In this document: positions 46,855 through 54,925 of the stretch, one piece after another | Position numbering within the stretch: the first letter of the stretch is position 1 | How the letters are laid out: the number at the start of each line of letters is the position of its first letter | Virus record (IMG/VR): IMGVR_UViG_3300013426_000016 | Location: 128,001 to 192,000 of that record | DNA: 64,000 nt | Origin: a virus | Taxonomy: Duplodnaviria; Caudoviricetes | Reading direction: 5' to 3' (one strand) | The notes under the pieces: model-generated | What the model was told of the DNA's origin: nothing | The model's input: the letters and a program-made list of their open reading frames with translations, nothing else | Databases searched by the model: none | Program-made: the position numbers and the translations under genes

Positions 46855-47416
46855 TGCATCGTACGTGGGCATTTCTGAGTTTGGAGTGGAACTTTCCCTT
46901 CCCTCCAAACTCCTTCAAAATCGCATAATTTTTCTCACAGAGCCCGTGGCGCCTGAAATCACTTCGTCTATAATAGCACAACTTCTTTACCTGGAGTCTG
47001 AGGCTCCAGGAACCCCTATAAACTTTTATATAAATTCTCCAGGAGGTTATGTAACTGATGGACTTGCTATTTATGACACTATGCAGTATATTTCATCGCC
47101 TGTTAACACTATATGTGTAGGACTTGCAGCTTCTATGGCAGCAGTTCTTCTTTCAGCGGGTAAAGAAAGATATGCTCTCCCTCATTCTTCCATAATGATT
47201 CACCAGCCATCTGGAGAAGCATTTGGACAGGCTTCTGATGTTCTTATTCAAGCTAAATTACTCGAAAAGAACAAACAAACACTTGCAGAAATCTTAAGTA
47301 AACATACCAATAAATCTATTTCCACAATTCTTACAGACATGGATAGAGACTTTTGGATGTCTCCTGAAGATGCTCTTTCATACAACATTATAGACAATAT
47401 AAAATGCTCTTATTAG
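46844..47416 (+). CDS. clpP: ClpP-family serine protease
   Basis: RIIFL, YINSPGG, GLAASMAA (Ser), MIHQP (His), DRDFW (Asp). Confidence 0.92.
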   Translation: MNANASYVGISEFGVELSLPSKLLQNRIIFLTEPVAPEITSSIIAQLLYLESEAPGTPINFYINSPGGYVTDGLAIYDTMQYISSPVNTICVGLAASMAAVLLSAGKERYALPHSSIMIHQPSGEAFGQASDVLIQAKLLEKNKQTLAEILSKHTNKSISTILTDMDRDFWMSPEDALSYNIIDNIKCSY

Positions 47417-47568
47417 CCTTAATCTTTGGTGGATTAGCATATGCAGTTAAACCAGAAGATAACGATAAACATTTTGTTCTTAAACTTGTTCTTTGTATTC
47501 TTCTTACTTTAGTTGCATTTGGATGTTTTTTAGCAGGTAGAGGTGAAGTAATTCAATATTACGATTAA
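47404..47568 (+). CDS. Small two-TM membrane protein (54 aa)
   Basis: MLLLALIFGGLAYAV...LVLCILLTLVAFGCFLAG. Confidence 0.5.
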   Translation: MLLLALIFGGLAYAVKPEDNDKHFVLKLVLCILLTLVAFGCFLAGRGEVIQYYD

Positions 47569-47845
47569 ATTTGTCTAGTTCAAATATTTTTCTCATATTT
47601 GTATTAAAATCCATCTTTAACTGCAAGAGTTAATTATGGTCGCATTATTGAACTTTATTAGTTTTCATAAATAATTGTGTAATATAGAAACTATTCAGTA
47701 GAAGACGCTGATTATCTTAAAACACTACATTTATGTTTAATCTTGCTAAACATAATGTATAATAGTCTGTGTTGAAGTATATAATGCTTTCGAGATTATT
47801 ATTTTTTAAAGTTTCTTTGGAGTAATTATTTTTTATTTTTTTTTC

Positions 47846-48146
47846 GGCCCGTTGTTGGAACTGGTAGAGGTCTGCCCATTACAATGTTAATGAATTGCTT
47901 CAAATTCGGTATCAGTTAGATAAGACATTTTTGTACGAATAAGCTGACTAAGAAAGCCTGATATACCAGAAATGGTAAGTAGTGGTAATACCGAGCTAAG
48001 CCTTTTTAAGGAAAGTGTAGAGACTAGACGGAGCACTAGAAGATATAGTCCGAAGATAAATAAAAATTTATCAAAATTCAAGACAAAACGGTCTTAAAAA
48101 CCGTTTCCAAGCATTTGGAGTGCGTGTTCAAATCACGTACGGGCCA
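47846..48146 (+). tRNA. tRNA-Leu (TAA), split by a group I intron in the D-loop (exons 47846-47865, 48081-48146)
   Basis: Spliced: GGCCCGT TG TTGGAACTGGT|AGACAA A ACGGT CTTAAAA ACCGT, long variable arm, T loop TTCAAAT, ACGGGCC A. Confidence 0.85.
47866..48080 (+). mobile_element. Group I intron in tRNA-Leu D-loop
   Basis: P1 GGTAG/CTGCC (U.G at U20); P3 TGCTTC/GGAGCA; P4 TTCGGT/ACCGAG; P7 GACTA/TAGTC; P9 GATAAAT/ATTTATC; P10 GTCT/AGAC. Confidence 0.85.
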
Positions 48147-48232
48147 CTAAATAATTTTTTATAAAAATGAAAACTAATTATTCCAAAGAAAATTTAGAAA
48201 AAAATCAGGTAATGTAAACAAACGATAATTTT

Positions 48233-48640
48233 ATGCAACCTTTATTTTACACTGCATTAAAAGATGTTTCTGATGCTTTAGTTTCTAATAAAGAATTAGA
48301 AATACTTCTTCCTCCAAAAGTAAATGGAAAATATCATTTTTATTTTGGATATGGTGATTTTAATTATAATTATCATAATCTGAAAGTAGATGATGGTTTC
48401 TATTATCACTTAGGTAATTATAATTGGAAACAAGCCGTAGTTACTTATAAGCGTTCTGGAGTTCTTTTTTATAAAGACTCTGATTCTAAGAAAGAGAAAG
48501 CCGCATTTAAAGAGGAAGCTTTCTTTAAATATATCTGTCCTATGTACATTCTTGTACCAGACGATAGGTTTAGTGTTACTTGTATTTGCCCTTTAACTGA
48601 ATTTAAAGATGTGCTTTTGGAAGAAAAAACCTCGCTATAA
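48233..48640 (+). CDS. Hypothetical protein
   Basis: 135 aa ORF. Confidence 0.6.
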   Translation: MQPLFYTALKDVSDALVSNKELEILLPPKVNGKYHFYFGYGDFNYNYHNLKVDDGFYYHLGNYNWKQAVVTYKRSGVLFYKDSDSKKEKAAFKEEAFFKYICPMYILVPDDRFSVTCICPLTEFKDVLLEEKTSL

Positions 48641-48827
48641 TGCAGATCTTGTTTATCAGCATTATGATAAAATTTTGCATTGTATAACAAGCTGTAATAC
48701 TATTCCTCAATTATATGTAACAAGAGTAATGATAAAACAATTTTATGATCGTTTTATGGATTCTCAGCTTACAAATAGTCTGAGAGAGTTTTACAGACAA
48801 AAAAGGAAACAAATTTACAATCGTTAA
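48609..48827 (+). CDS. Hypothetical protein
   Basis: 72 aa ORF. Confidence 0.55.
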   Translation: MCFWKKKPRYNADLVYQHYDKILHCITSCNTIPQLYVTRVMIKQFYDRFMDSQLTNSLREFYRQKRKQIYNR

Positions 48828-48842
48828 TTGTGAATTACACTA

Positions 48843-48921
48843 TAATCTAAAAGAGTGGGTTCAATTCCCACTATCACCAGGTAACAGAGGTGATATAGTG
48901 TAATTGGGGCACATTAGATTA
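48843..48921 (+). ncRNA. Circularly permuted tRNA-like RNA (T arm, loop-closed acceptor stem, D arm; YrlA Y-RNA-like topology)
   Basis: TAATCTAA AAGA GTGGG-TTCAATT-CCCAC TATCACC-AGGTAACAGA-GGTGATA TA GTGT-AATTGGG-GCAC A TTAGATTA; every stem pairs. Confidence 0.75.
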
Positions 48922-48925
48922 ATAT

Positions 48926-48997
48926 TGAAATATGGTGTAATGGTTAGCACTTCAGATTTTGGTTCTGGCAGTTTAGGTCCGAATCCTAATATTTCAA
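48926..48997 (+). tRNA. tRNA-Gln (TTG)
   Basis: Acceptor TGAAATA/TATTTCA; anticodon arm TCAGA-TTTTGGT-TCTGG; T loop TCCGAAT (atypical C55). Confidence 0.85.
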
Positions 48998-49018
48998 CTA
49001 AATTTAATTTTCATCATT

Positions 49019-49375
49019 ATGATTAAAGAAATGGTTTACTCTCATCTTCGAGAAAAAGAAATTTTAATGGAAGATGTGTATAAAGACATCCCTTTTGTTA
49101 TTATCAGTTACGGTCTTTGGCCATGTTGTTATTTCCAAATCTCTACAGAAGAACCTAAAGCTGATATAGACATCGATGATTTTCATGGCTTAGATGTTCA
49201 TGGAGGGGTTACACTTGCTGGGAATCTTCCTGGTTATAAAGGAACTTGGATAGGTTGGGATTATGCACATTGTGGAGATTTCGATGTTTTTACAAAAGAT
49301 GGAGATGAATGGTTTATAAAAGACCTTATAAACGAAACTCTTACTGGAATTGATGACTATTTAAAAACTTTTTAA
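49019..49375 (+). CDS. Conserved phage hypothetical protein
   Basis: VHGGVT..WIGWDYAHCGD motif common in phage early genes. Confidence 0.7.
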   Translation: MIKEMVYSHLREKEILMEDVYKDIPFVIISYGLWPCCYFQISTEEPKADIDIDDFHGLDVHGGVTLAGNLPGYKGTWIGWDYAHCGDFDVFTKDGDEWFIKDLINETLTGIDDYLKTF

Positions 49376-49376
49376 T

Positions 49377-49613
49377 ATGAAAGGCGATTTGCTTTATGAC
49401 AAGTACTCTATTATTTCTGAGAAAACTCTTAGAAAACCAGAGTCACAGTACAAGTCTTGGATTTCTAAGCATAAAGAAGGTAAATTGGTAAAGACTGCAA
49501 GAGGATATTTCCTTAATGGCTACCAAATTGATCTTCGTAGTGCTTATGAGTGGTTTCTTTATAATCAGTTTGATAAAGAAGCTACTGCTCTTTCTACTCC
49601 TTTTATAGGATAA
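49377..49613 (+). CDS. Hypothetical protein
   Basis: 78 aa ORF. Confidence 0.55.
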   Translation: MKGDLLYDKYSIISEKTLRKPESQYKSWISKHKEGKLVKTARGYFLNGYQIDLRSAYEWFLYNQFDKEATALSTPFIG

Positions 49614-49622
49614 TTCTTTTAT

Positions 49623-49693
49623 GCTCGGATCGTCTAATGATTAGGACAACTTCCTCTCCGGTTGTTATATAGGTTTGACTCCTATTCCGAGTA
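49623..49693 (+). pseudogene. Degenerate tRNA-Glu(CTC)-like element
   Basis: Acceptor GCTCGGA/TCCGAGT, D and T stems intact; anticodon stem mismatched, D loop lacks GG, T loop TTTGACT. Confidence 0.6.
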
Positions 49694-49701
49694 CTACTTT
49701 T

Positions 49702-49999
49702 GGGTTACTTCAGCATTTATATTTAAAGTACCACTTTATTTTTTTTTACTCATGTAACCTGTTTTTTAAGATTACTTTTTAAAGATTACTTCAGCATTAA
49801 ATTTTTAATTTAGAGCATTGATTTTTGCAAAATTATTTTTATAGTAATCTGATTTTTTAAGGTTGATTATACAGCATTTCATTAAAGAATTTGTGATTCA
49901 TAATTTCAGCCTGGTTTTTTTTTGGAAATAGTTCAGCATTCCTTTTTGCAAATGATTAGTTTTTTAGACCATTGTATAGGGGAGAGACACACTATTTCG
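49702..49999 (+). repeat. Array of four stem-WCAGCA structured RNA units
   Basis: GGGTTAC/GTAACCT, AGATTAC/GTAATCT, AGGTTGA/TCAGCCT and GAAATAG/CTATTTC stems. Each 5' arm is followed by (T/A)CAGCATT and each 3' arm by G. Confidence 0.7.
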
Positions 50000-50033
50000 A
50001 CATAAAGTCTCTCTCCTATACTTTTTATTTTTT
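49974..50033 (+). terminator. Terminator/attenuator-like hairpin just before the DUF2828 gene
   Basis: 15-bp stem GTATAGGGGAGAGAC/GTCTCTCTCCTATAC plus a T-rich tail ending at the ATG. Confidence 0.55.
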
Positions 50034-51386
50034 ATGAACAAATTAGTCGAATCTCTTGACATGGGGTATACTAAAAACGGTGCCCTTACATATAAGACAT
50101 CTCTTAACAAATGTCTCGATCTCTTCTTTGTTATAGGCTGCCATAATGATTATTCTGAGCTATTTTGGGAAGCATATAAAGAAGATGCACAACTTGCATT
50201 ACGTATTCTTTTTTGGAGTAGAGATTGTAGAGGAGGAGCTGGAGCAAGAAGAACTTTCCAAGAAGTTATTAAAGTTCTTTCCGGTAGCCCAGAATTTTCA
50301 AAAGTCCTAAAATATATTCCAGAATTTGGATATTGGAAGGATCTTTTTAAACTTTCTCCAACTAAAGAGATAGCCGATTTTATTATCGCTACTTTAAAGA
50401 ATGAAAATGATCATTCTTTGTGTGCTAAATACTGTCCACGTAAAGGACTGTGGTTTGGTTATTTGCGAAATCTAATGCACATGTCTGCTAGGGATTTTCG
50501 CCATTACATAGTATATAAAACACAAGTTGTGGAACAGCTTATGTGTGCTAATAAATGGTCAGAAATAGAGTATTCTTCAGTTCCGTCTCTCGCTGGGCTT
50601 AGATACTCTAAATTATTCCTTAAGCATGATCCAGAACGTTATAAAACATATATAGATAAAGTAAATGAAGGAAAGGAGAAAATAAATGCTTCTGTTCTTT
50701 ATCCACATGAAATTTTTGCTTCTTACATGACAGATAAAAAAAGAGATGTAACAAGAGCTTTGTGGAATGCTTTACCTAATTATATGCAAGATTGTAATGA
50801 AAACATTTTGCCTATATGTGATGTTTCTGGTTCTATGATAGGTCTTCCTATGAATATTTCTGTATCTTTGGGTTGTTATATCTCAGAAAGAAATACTGGA
50901 GACTTTAAAGATTGTATTATCACTTTTTCCCAATGTCCGGAGTTTGTTAAACTTACTGGAAGTATAGATGAACGCTTTGCTCAATTAAGAACAAGCTCAT
51001 GGGGATTTAATACTAATCTGCGACGAGTATTTGATCTTATTTTGAAACGAGCTGTTATGAATGAAGTTCCAAAAGAAGATATGCCTACTAAGTTGTTGAT
51101 TATCAGTGACATGGAACTAGACGATGCGTCACCAGAGTATACAAACTTTGAAGCTATTAAACAAAAATATGCAGCTTCTGGATATGAGATGCCTACTATT
51201 ATTTTCTGGAATGTTAATGGAAGATTAAATAATATTCCTGTACAAAAAGATGAAAAGAATGTAGCACTTGTTTCCGGATATTCACCAAGTATCTTAACGC
51301 ATCTTTTGAAAGGAGAGGTTCTTACTCCTATGCAAATAATGCTAGATACAGTAAACTCTGAACGTTATCAGTGTATTAGGTTGTAA
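50034..51386 (+). CDS. DUF2828-family protein with C-terminal vWA domain (Ro60/TROVE-like)
   Basis: TKNGA..S..CLDLFF, RDCRGGAG.R, EFGYWKDL, YSSVPS, DVSGSM (MIDAS), ISDME, IIFWNV, LVSGYSP. Confidence 0.85.
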   Translation: MNKLVESLDMGYTKNGALTYKTSLNKCLDLFFVIGCHNDYSELFWEAYKEDAQLALRILFWSRDCRGGAGARRTFQEVIKVLSGSPEFSKVLKYIPEFGYWKDLFKLSPTKEIADFIIATLKNENDHSLCAKYCPRKGLWFGYLRNLMHMSARDFRHYIVYKTQVVEQLMCANKWSEIEYSSVPSLAGLRYSKLFLKHDPERYKTYIDKVNEGKEKINASVLYPHEIFASYMTDKKRDVTRALWNALPNYMQDCNENILPICDVSGSMIGLPMNISVSLGCYISERNTGDFKDCIITFSQCPEFVKLTGSIDERFAQLRTSSWGFNTNLRRVFDLILKRAVMNEVPKEDMPTKLLIISDMELDDASPEYTNFEAIKQKYAASGYEMPTIIFWNVNGRLNNIPVQKDEKNVALVSGYSPSILTHLLKGEVLTPMQIMLDTVNSERYQCIRL

Positions 51387-51431
51387 TATTATTTGGGGAG
51401 AATGGAGAAATCTATTCTCCCTTTATTTTTT

Positions 51432-52067
51432 ATGGCAGCTATAGACAAAACTTATATAAAGACTTTTGAAGATTATAAAAGTGTCATTGAATGGTGTAAA
51501 CAAATAGGAGAAGTTACAGATGACTATGGAAATGTATTTTCTCCTTATGAGTATATTTATTGGCCAGAAGTAACAAAAGAACTTTGGAATAAAGAAGTAG
51601 AACAAGCTCTCACATATAAAGAAGCATATGAAGCTATACTTTGGAATACTCCTGTTTTTATGGATGTTTGGCTTATAAGATATTGTCCTTTAGATATTAT
51701 ACAAAATCGTCTAAAAGAACAATATGGAGACTCTTATAAAGCAATTAAGAATAGAGTTTCTGAATATGACACTATTGATACTTCTCAGTCTACTAAAGTA
51801 AAACTTATTTCTAAAAAAGGTAAGTTGGAAAGAAATAAATACCATTGTTATTATGTAAGTATTAAAAACTTCATTTATAATGAAAAAACAGATAAATGGC
51901 AAAGTTTTTATGATTTACGCATAGTAAAAACGTGGGGATGTTGTTATTTTCCAGCTACTTGCTCTCTGAAAAGTATTTATAAAAAAATACTTAGATGGAA
52001 ACTACCTATAGGAACAATCGTAGAGGTTTCTTCTAATAATTTGACTTTAATTTATAAAACAAAATAA
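51432..52067 (+). CDS. Hypothetical protein
   Basis: ATG 51432 (MAAIDK); the ORF-track extension is a terminator hairpin at ~51395-51431. Confidence 0.65.
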   Translation: MAAIDKTYIKTFEDYKSVIEWCKQIGEVTDDYGNVFSPYEYIYWPEVTKELWNKEVEQALTYKEAYEAILWNTPVFMDVWLIRYCPLDIIQNRLKEQYGDSYKAIKNRVSEYDTIDTSQSTKVKLISKKGKLERNKYHCYYVSIKNFIYNEKTDKWQSFYDLRIVKTWGCCYFPATCSLKSIYKKILRWKLPIGTIVEVSSNNLTLIYKTK

Positions 52068-52068
52068 A

Positions 52069-52308
52069 ATGATTTTCTTTTATATCATAGGCCTTATATT
52101 TTTTCTTTATATATGTAATAACATTACATTTAAAGATAAGTTTTGGTTTGCTTTATTTGCTTTGAACTTTTTTGTTCCGGTAATAAACACTCTGTTACCA
52201 ATTGTATTTATAATCATTTTAGGTTATTTTGATTTGGAAACAGATGCTGCCGTACTTAAAGATACTAAATTAAATCGTTGGTTATTTAAATCTAAATTTA
52301 ATGCTTAA
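52069..52308 (+). CDS. Small membrane protein
   Basis: Hydrophobic 79 aa ORF. Confidence 0.55.
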   Translation: MIFFYIIGLIFFLYICNNITFKDKFWFALFALNFFVPVINTLLPIVFIIILGYFDLETDAAVLKDTKLNRWLFKSKFNA

Positions 52309-52507
52309 AATGAATTTGTTTAGAATAGGATTAAAAGTTATAATCCTACTTATTTACGCCTTGTGTATTATGCTTCTTTGGAATGCACTTCTCCCTATGC
52401 TTATAGGGCTTCCTACTATTAATTTCATAGAGGCTTTGGGGATAAGGGTACTTATACACTTTCTTATTTACAACATAAATAACATATTTTCGTATAATGA
52501 CATATAA
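52301..52507 (+). CDS. Small membrane protein
   Basis: MLLWNALLP..GLPTINFIEALG motif. Confidence 0.6.
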   Translation: MLKMNLFRIGLKVIILLIYALCIMLLWNALLPMLIGLPTINFIEALGIRVLIHFLIYNINNIFSYNDI

Positions 52508-52790
52508 AACAAAACTAGGGGATTTACACTATGATATTCTGATAAAAGACATAGGTAAATCCTCTTTTTATATGCACTATGATTCTACTGATAATCTTCG
52601 TTTAGTTAATAGTGAAAGAGCTTTAGAAAAAGTTAAATCTGAATTAAGTAAAGTATATGGAAACATCACTGTTTTAGTAAATTCAGAAAAAGGAAAAGAA
52701 GTTACTATACTTGATACTAAATGGAAAGAAGATTACAAGAAATATATACAAGATAAATTAAACTGGTGTAATACTTACACTGCTGAATAA
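52497..52790 (+). CDS. Hypothetical protein
   Basis: 97 aa ORF in operon. Confidence 0.55.
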   Translation: MTYKTKLGDLHYDILIKDIGKSSFYMHYDSTDNLRLVNSERALEKVKSELSKVYGNITVLVNSEKGKEVTILDTKWKEDYKKYIQDKLNWCNTYTAE

Positions 52791-52792
52791 TT

Positions 52793-53359
52793 ATGAATAT
52801 AAAGAAAGAAGAAATCTTAAACTTGTACAGAATAGCTACTAAATTTGGGGAAATAAATACAACAAATGCCTTAGAAAAACTTTTAGGTAAAGAAACTTTT
52901 ATTCCTATTAAAAAAACAAAAAGTATGATTGATAGAATTAAGACTTTTGAAGATGCAGAAGAACTTCTTGGAAATCAACACCCTTTAGTTGAAGCTTGTG
53001 ATAGTTGTGAATTTCCCGGAGATGATTGTTTAAATGCTTATTTAAAATTAAGAGTTATTTGTGCTGCTTTGAATGAAAATTCTACTCTAGATCCAGAGTA
53101 TCTTATGTATTATCCAAAGTTTGAGCTTTTATATGAAGATGAGTGTGAGTATTATAAGAAAGAAGGAAAAATTTTTATAAACATCGAAAGATATAATACT
53201 TCTTATTATGGAATGCGTTTCTTAAAAAGTGATTTTCCATTTGAAAATACTCCACAAAGATATGGAAATCAACTTTGCCTTAATACTGAAGAGCTTGCAA
53301 GTTATTGTGGAGAACAGTTTATAGATCTTTGGGCAGATTTTTTATTCACTAAAAAATAA
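52793..53359 (+). CDS. Bacteroidota-phage hypothetical protein
   Basis: RIKTFEDA..AYLKLRVI..ALN..QFIDLW pattern. Confidence 0.65.
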   Translation: MNIKKEEILNLYRIATKFGEINTTNALEKLLGKETFIPIKKTKSMIDRIKTFEDAEELLGNQHPLVEACDSCEFPGDDCLNAYLKLRVICAALNENSTLDPEYLMYYPKFELLYEDECEYYKKEGKIFINIERYNTSYYGMRFLKSDFPFENTPQRYGNQLCLNTEELASYCGEQFIDLWADFLFTKK

Positions 53360-53368
53360 AAATATATT

Positions 53369-53854
53369 ATGAATGAGAATTTAAATTTAGTAAAAATCCT
53401 TGAAGGTTGTCCAGCAGATACAAGTCTTTGGTCTCCTTTATTTGGTCCTGTAAAATTTGTAGACTTCAGCCCAAATAGGATACGAGTAGCTACGACAAAT
53501 GATATAGTAGAAGTGTTTTCTCCTAATGGAAAGTACTTTGATCTTAAAAGCGCAGAATGTACTCTATTTCCATCTAAAGAGAATAGAGACTGGAGTACAT
53601 GGAAGTGTCCAAAGAAAAAGAAGAAATGTTTTGATCCAAATACACTGAAACCATTTGATAAAGTACTGGTAAGGGATTTTGCAAATGAAAAATGGGGACC
53701 TTCTTTCTTTGGTTATATGGATTATGAAGAAGGTGACTTTCCATGTAAGCATGTAGGATCAATATCAAATTGTTGTATTCCTTATAATGAGGAAACCAAA
53801 CACCTTATCGGAACTACGGACGAAGCTCCAGAATATTACAGATGGTGGAAATAA
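53369..53854 (+). CDS. Bacteroidota-phage hypothetical protein
   Basis: LFPSKENRDWS and LKPFDKVLVRD..CIPYNEET motifs. Confidence 0.7.
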   Translation: MNENLNLVKILEGCPADTSLWSPLFGPVKFVDFSPNRIRVATTNDIVEVFSPNGKYFDLKSAECTLFPSKENRDWSTWKCPKKKKKCFDPNTLKPFDKVLVRDFANEKWGPSFFGYMDYEEGDFPCKHVGSISNCCIPYNEETKHLIGTTDEAPEYYRWWK

Positions 53855-53869
53855 ATAATATAAGTAATT

Positions 53870-54199
53870 ATGTGGATAGCAAGAGATAAAAGTGGTTATT
53901 TATGTATCTATAATGAAAAACCTCGTAAAGATGAGGTAGAACATATATTTGAAAACAAAGATGAACTTTTACACATAGATAATGATGAATTTCCAGAAAT
54001 AACTTGGGAAAACTCTCCTGTAGAAATTACAACTACTTCTTTTGAAGATATTTGGGAACAACGCAGATATGAAATTGCAAAGGACACAATGTGTGCATTG
54101 ATTATAAGTGACAGCATTCCAAAAACGACTCCAGTTTTAAAAGTAGAGGAATTAGCGGTTGCTTATGCAGATGGGCTTATTAAAGAATTGAAGAAATAA
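53870..54199 (+). CDS. Bacteroidota-phage hypothetical protein
   Basis: WIARDK and WEQRRYEIAK modules. Confidence 0.65.
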   Translation: MWIARDKSGYLCIYNEKPRKDEVEHIFENKDELLHIDNDEFPEITWENSPVEITTTSFEDIWEQRRYEIAKDTMCALIISDSIPKTTPVLKVEELAVAYADGLIKELKK

Positions 54200-54202
54200 G
54201 TT

Positions 54203-54601
54203 ATGAAAGCAAATGAGTTAATGTTGAACGATTGGGTGGAATTTGAGGCCTCAACAACGGAATTTCTTTACGGTAAGGTTATAGAAATTTCTGAACGTTA
54301 TGTTACAGTAGATACAATAAACGACAGTATCTGCATAGAAATAGACAAGGTGGGTCAAATACCTGTTACTCCAAAGATTCTTAAAAAGAACGGATTTGAA
54401 AGGTACTTTGAAGGATATTATGAGAACCCCAAAGAGCTGCATATTTCATATAATGACAATCTGGGATGTTGGTATATTAGTGACAGCCACGACCAGTATA
54501 TGCATAGTGATTACATAACTTCATTTTCCGCAGTTCATGAATTGCAGAATATTTTAAGAACTCTTGGATTTAATGATTTAGCAGACAATTTTAAGATATA
54601 G
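54203..54601 (+). CDS. Hypothetical protein
   Basis: ELM..DWV..IPVTPKILKKNGF..VHELQN pattern. Confidence 0.65.
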   Translation: MKANELMLNDWVEFEASTTEFLYGKVIEISERYVTVDTINDSICIEIDKVGQIPVTPKILKKNGFERYFEGYYENPKELHISYNDNLGCWYISDSHDQYMHSDYITSFSAVHELQNILRTLGFNDLADNFKI

Positions 54602-54623
54602 AAACAATCGAAGAAATAGCATT

Positions 54624-54923
54624 ATGAACTTTGAAATACCACAATTCTTCTCAGTCGGAGGGCTTTACTACAAAATCCTTCACGAAGAATCTATGAGATA
54701 CGGTGAAGAATATGGACATTGGAACGGCACGACATGCACCATACATATAGCCAAAACCGCAGGTGGAGAAAAGCTGTCGGAGGAAAGAAAACAACAGACA
54801 TTCTTTCACGAACTCGTTCACGCGGCTCTCGACGCTATCGGCGAGGATGAACTAAATGACAACGAGCGATTTGTGGATGCCCTTTCGGGCACTCTCTATC
54901 AAGCAATAAAAACAATGAAATAG
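54624..54923 (+). CDS. Small HExxH metallopeptidase-like protein
   Basis: QTFFHELVHA..NERFVD. Confidence 0.7.
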   Translation: MNFEIPQFFSVGGLYYKILHEESMRYGEEYGHWNGTTCTIHIAKTAGGEKLSEERKQQTFFHELVHAALDAIGEDELNDNERFVDALSGTLYQAIKTMK

Positions 54924-54925
54924 CC

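Noticed and set aside
47570-47840. Possible structured RNA before tRNA-Leu
   Set aside because: Only short AT-rich hairpins; no recognisable core, so not supportable.
47887-48081. - strand 64-aa ORF / intron-encoded endonuclease
   Set aside because: Antisense to the intron core, with no nuclease motifs.
49702-49999. CRISPR array
   Set aside because: Only ~7 nt are identical between units, conservation is structural, and no cas operon is present. The Cas4-like nuclease is a stand-alone phage gene 21 kb away.
41800-50000. Opal suppressor tRNA (UCA)
   Set aside because: The tRNAs found read CAT, TAA, TTG and a degenerate CTC; no junction of the permuted element yields TCA. One may lie outside the window.
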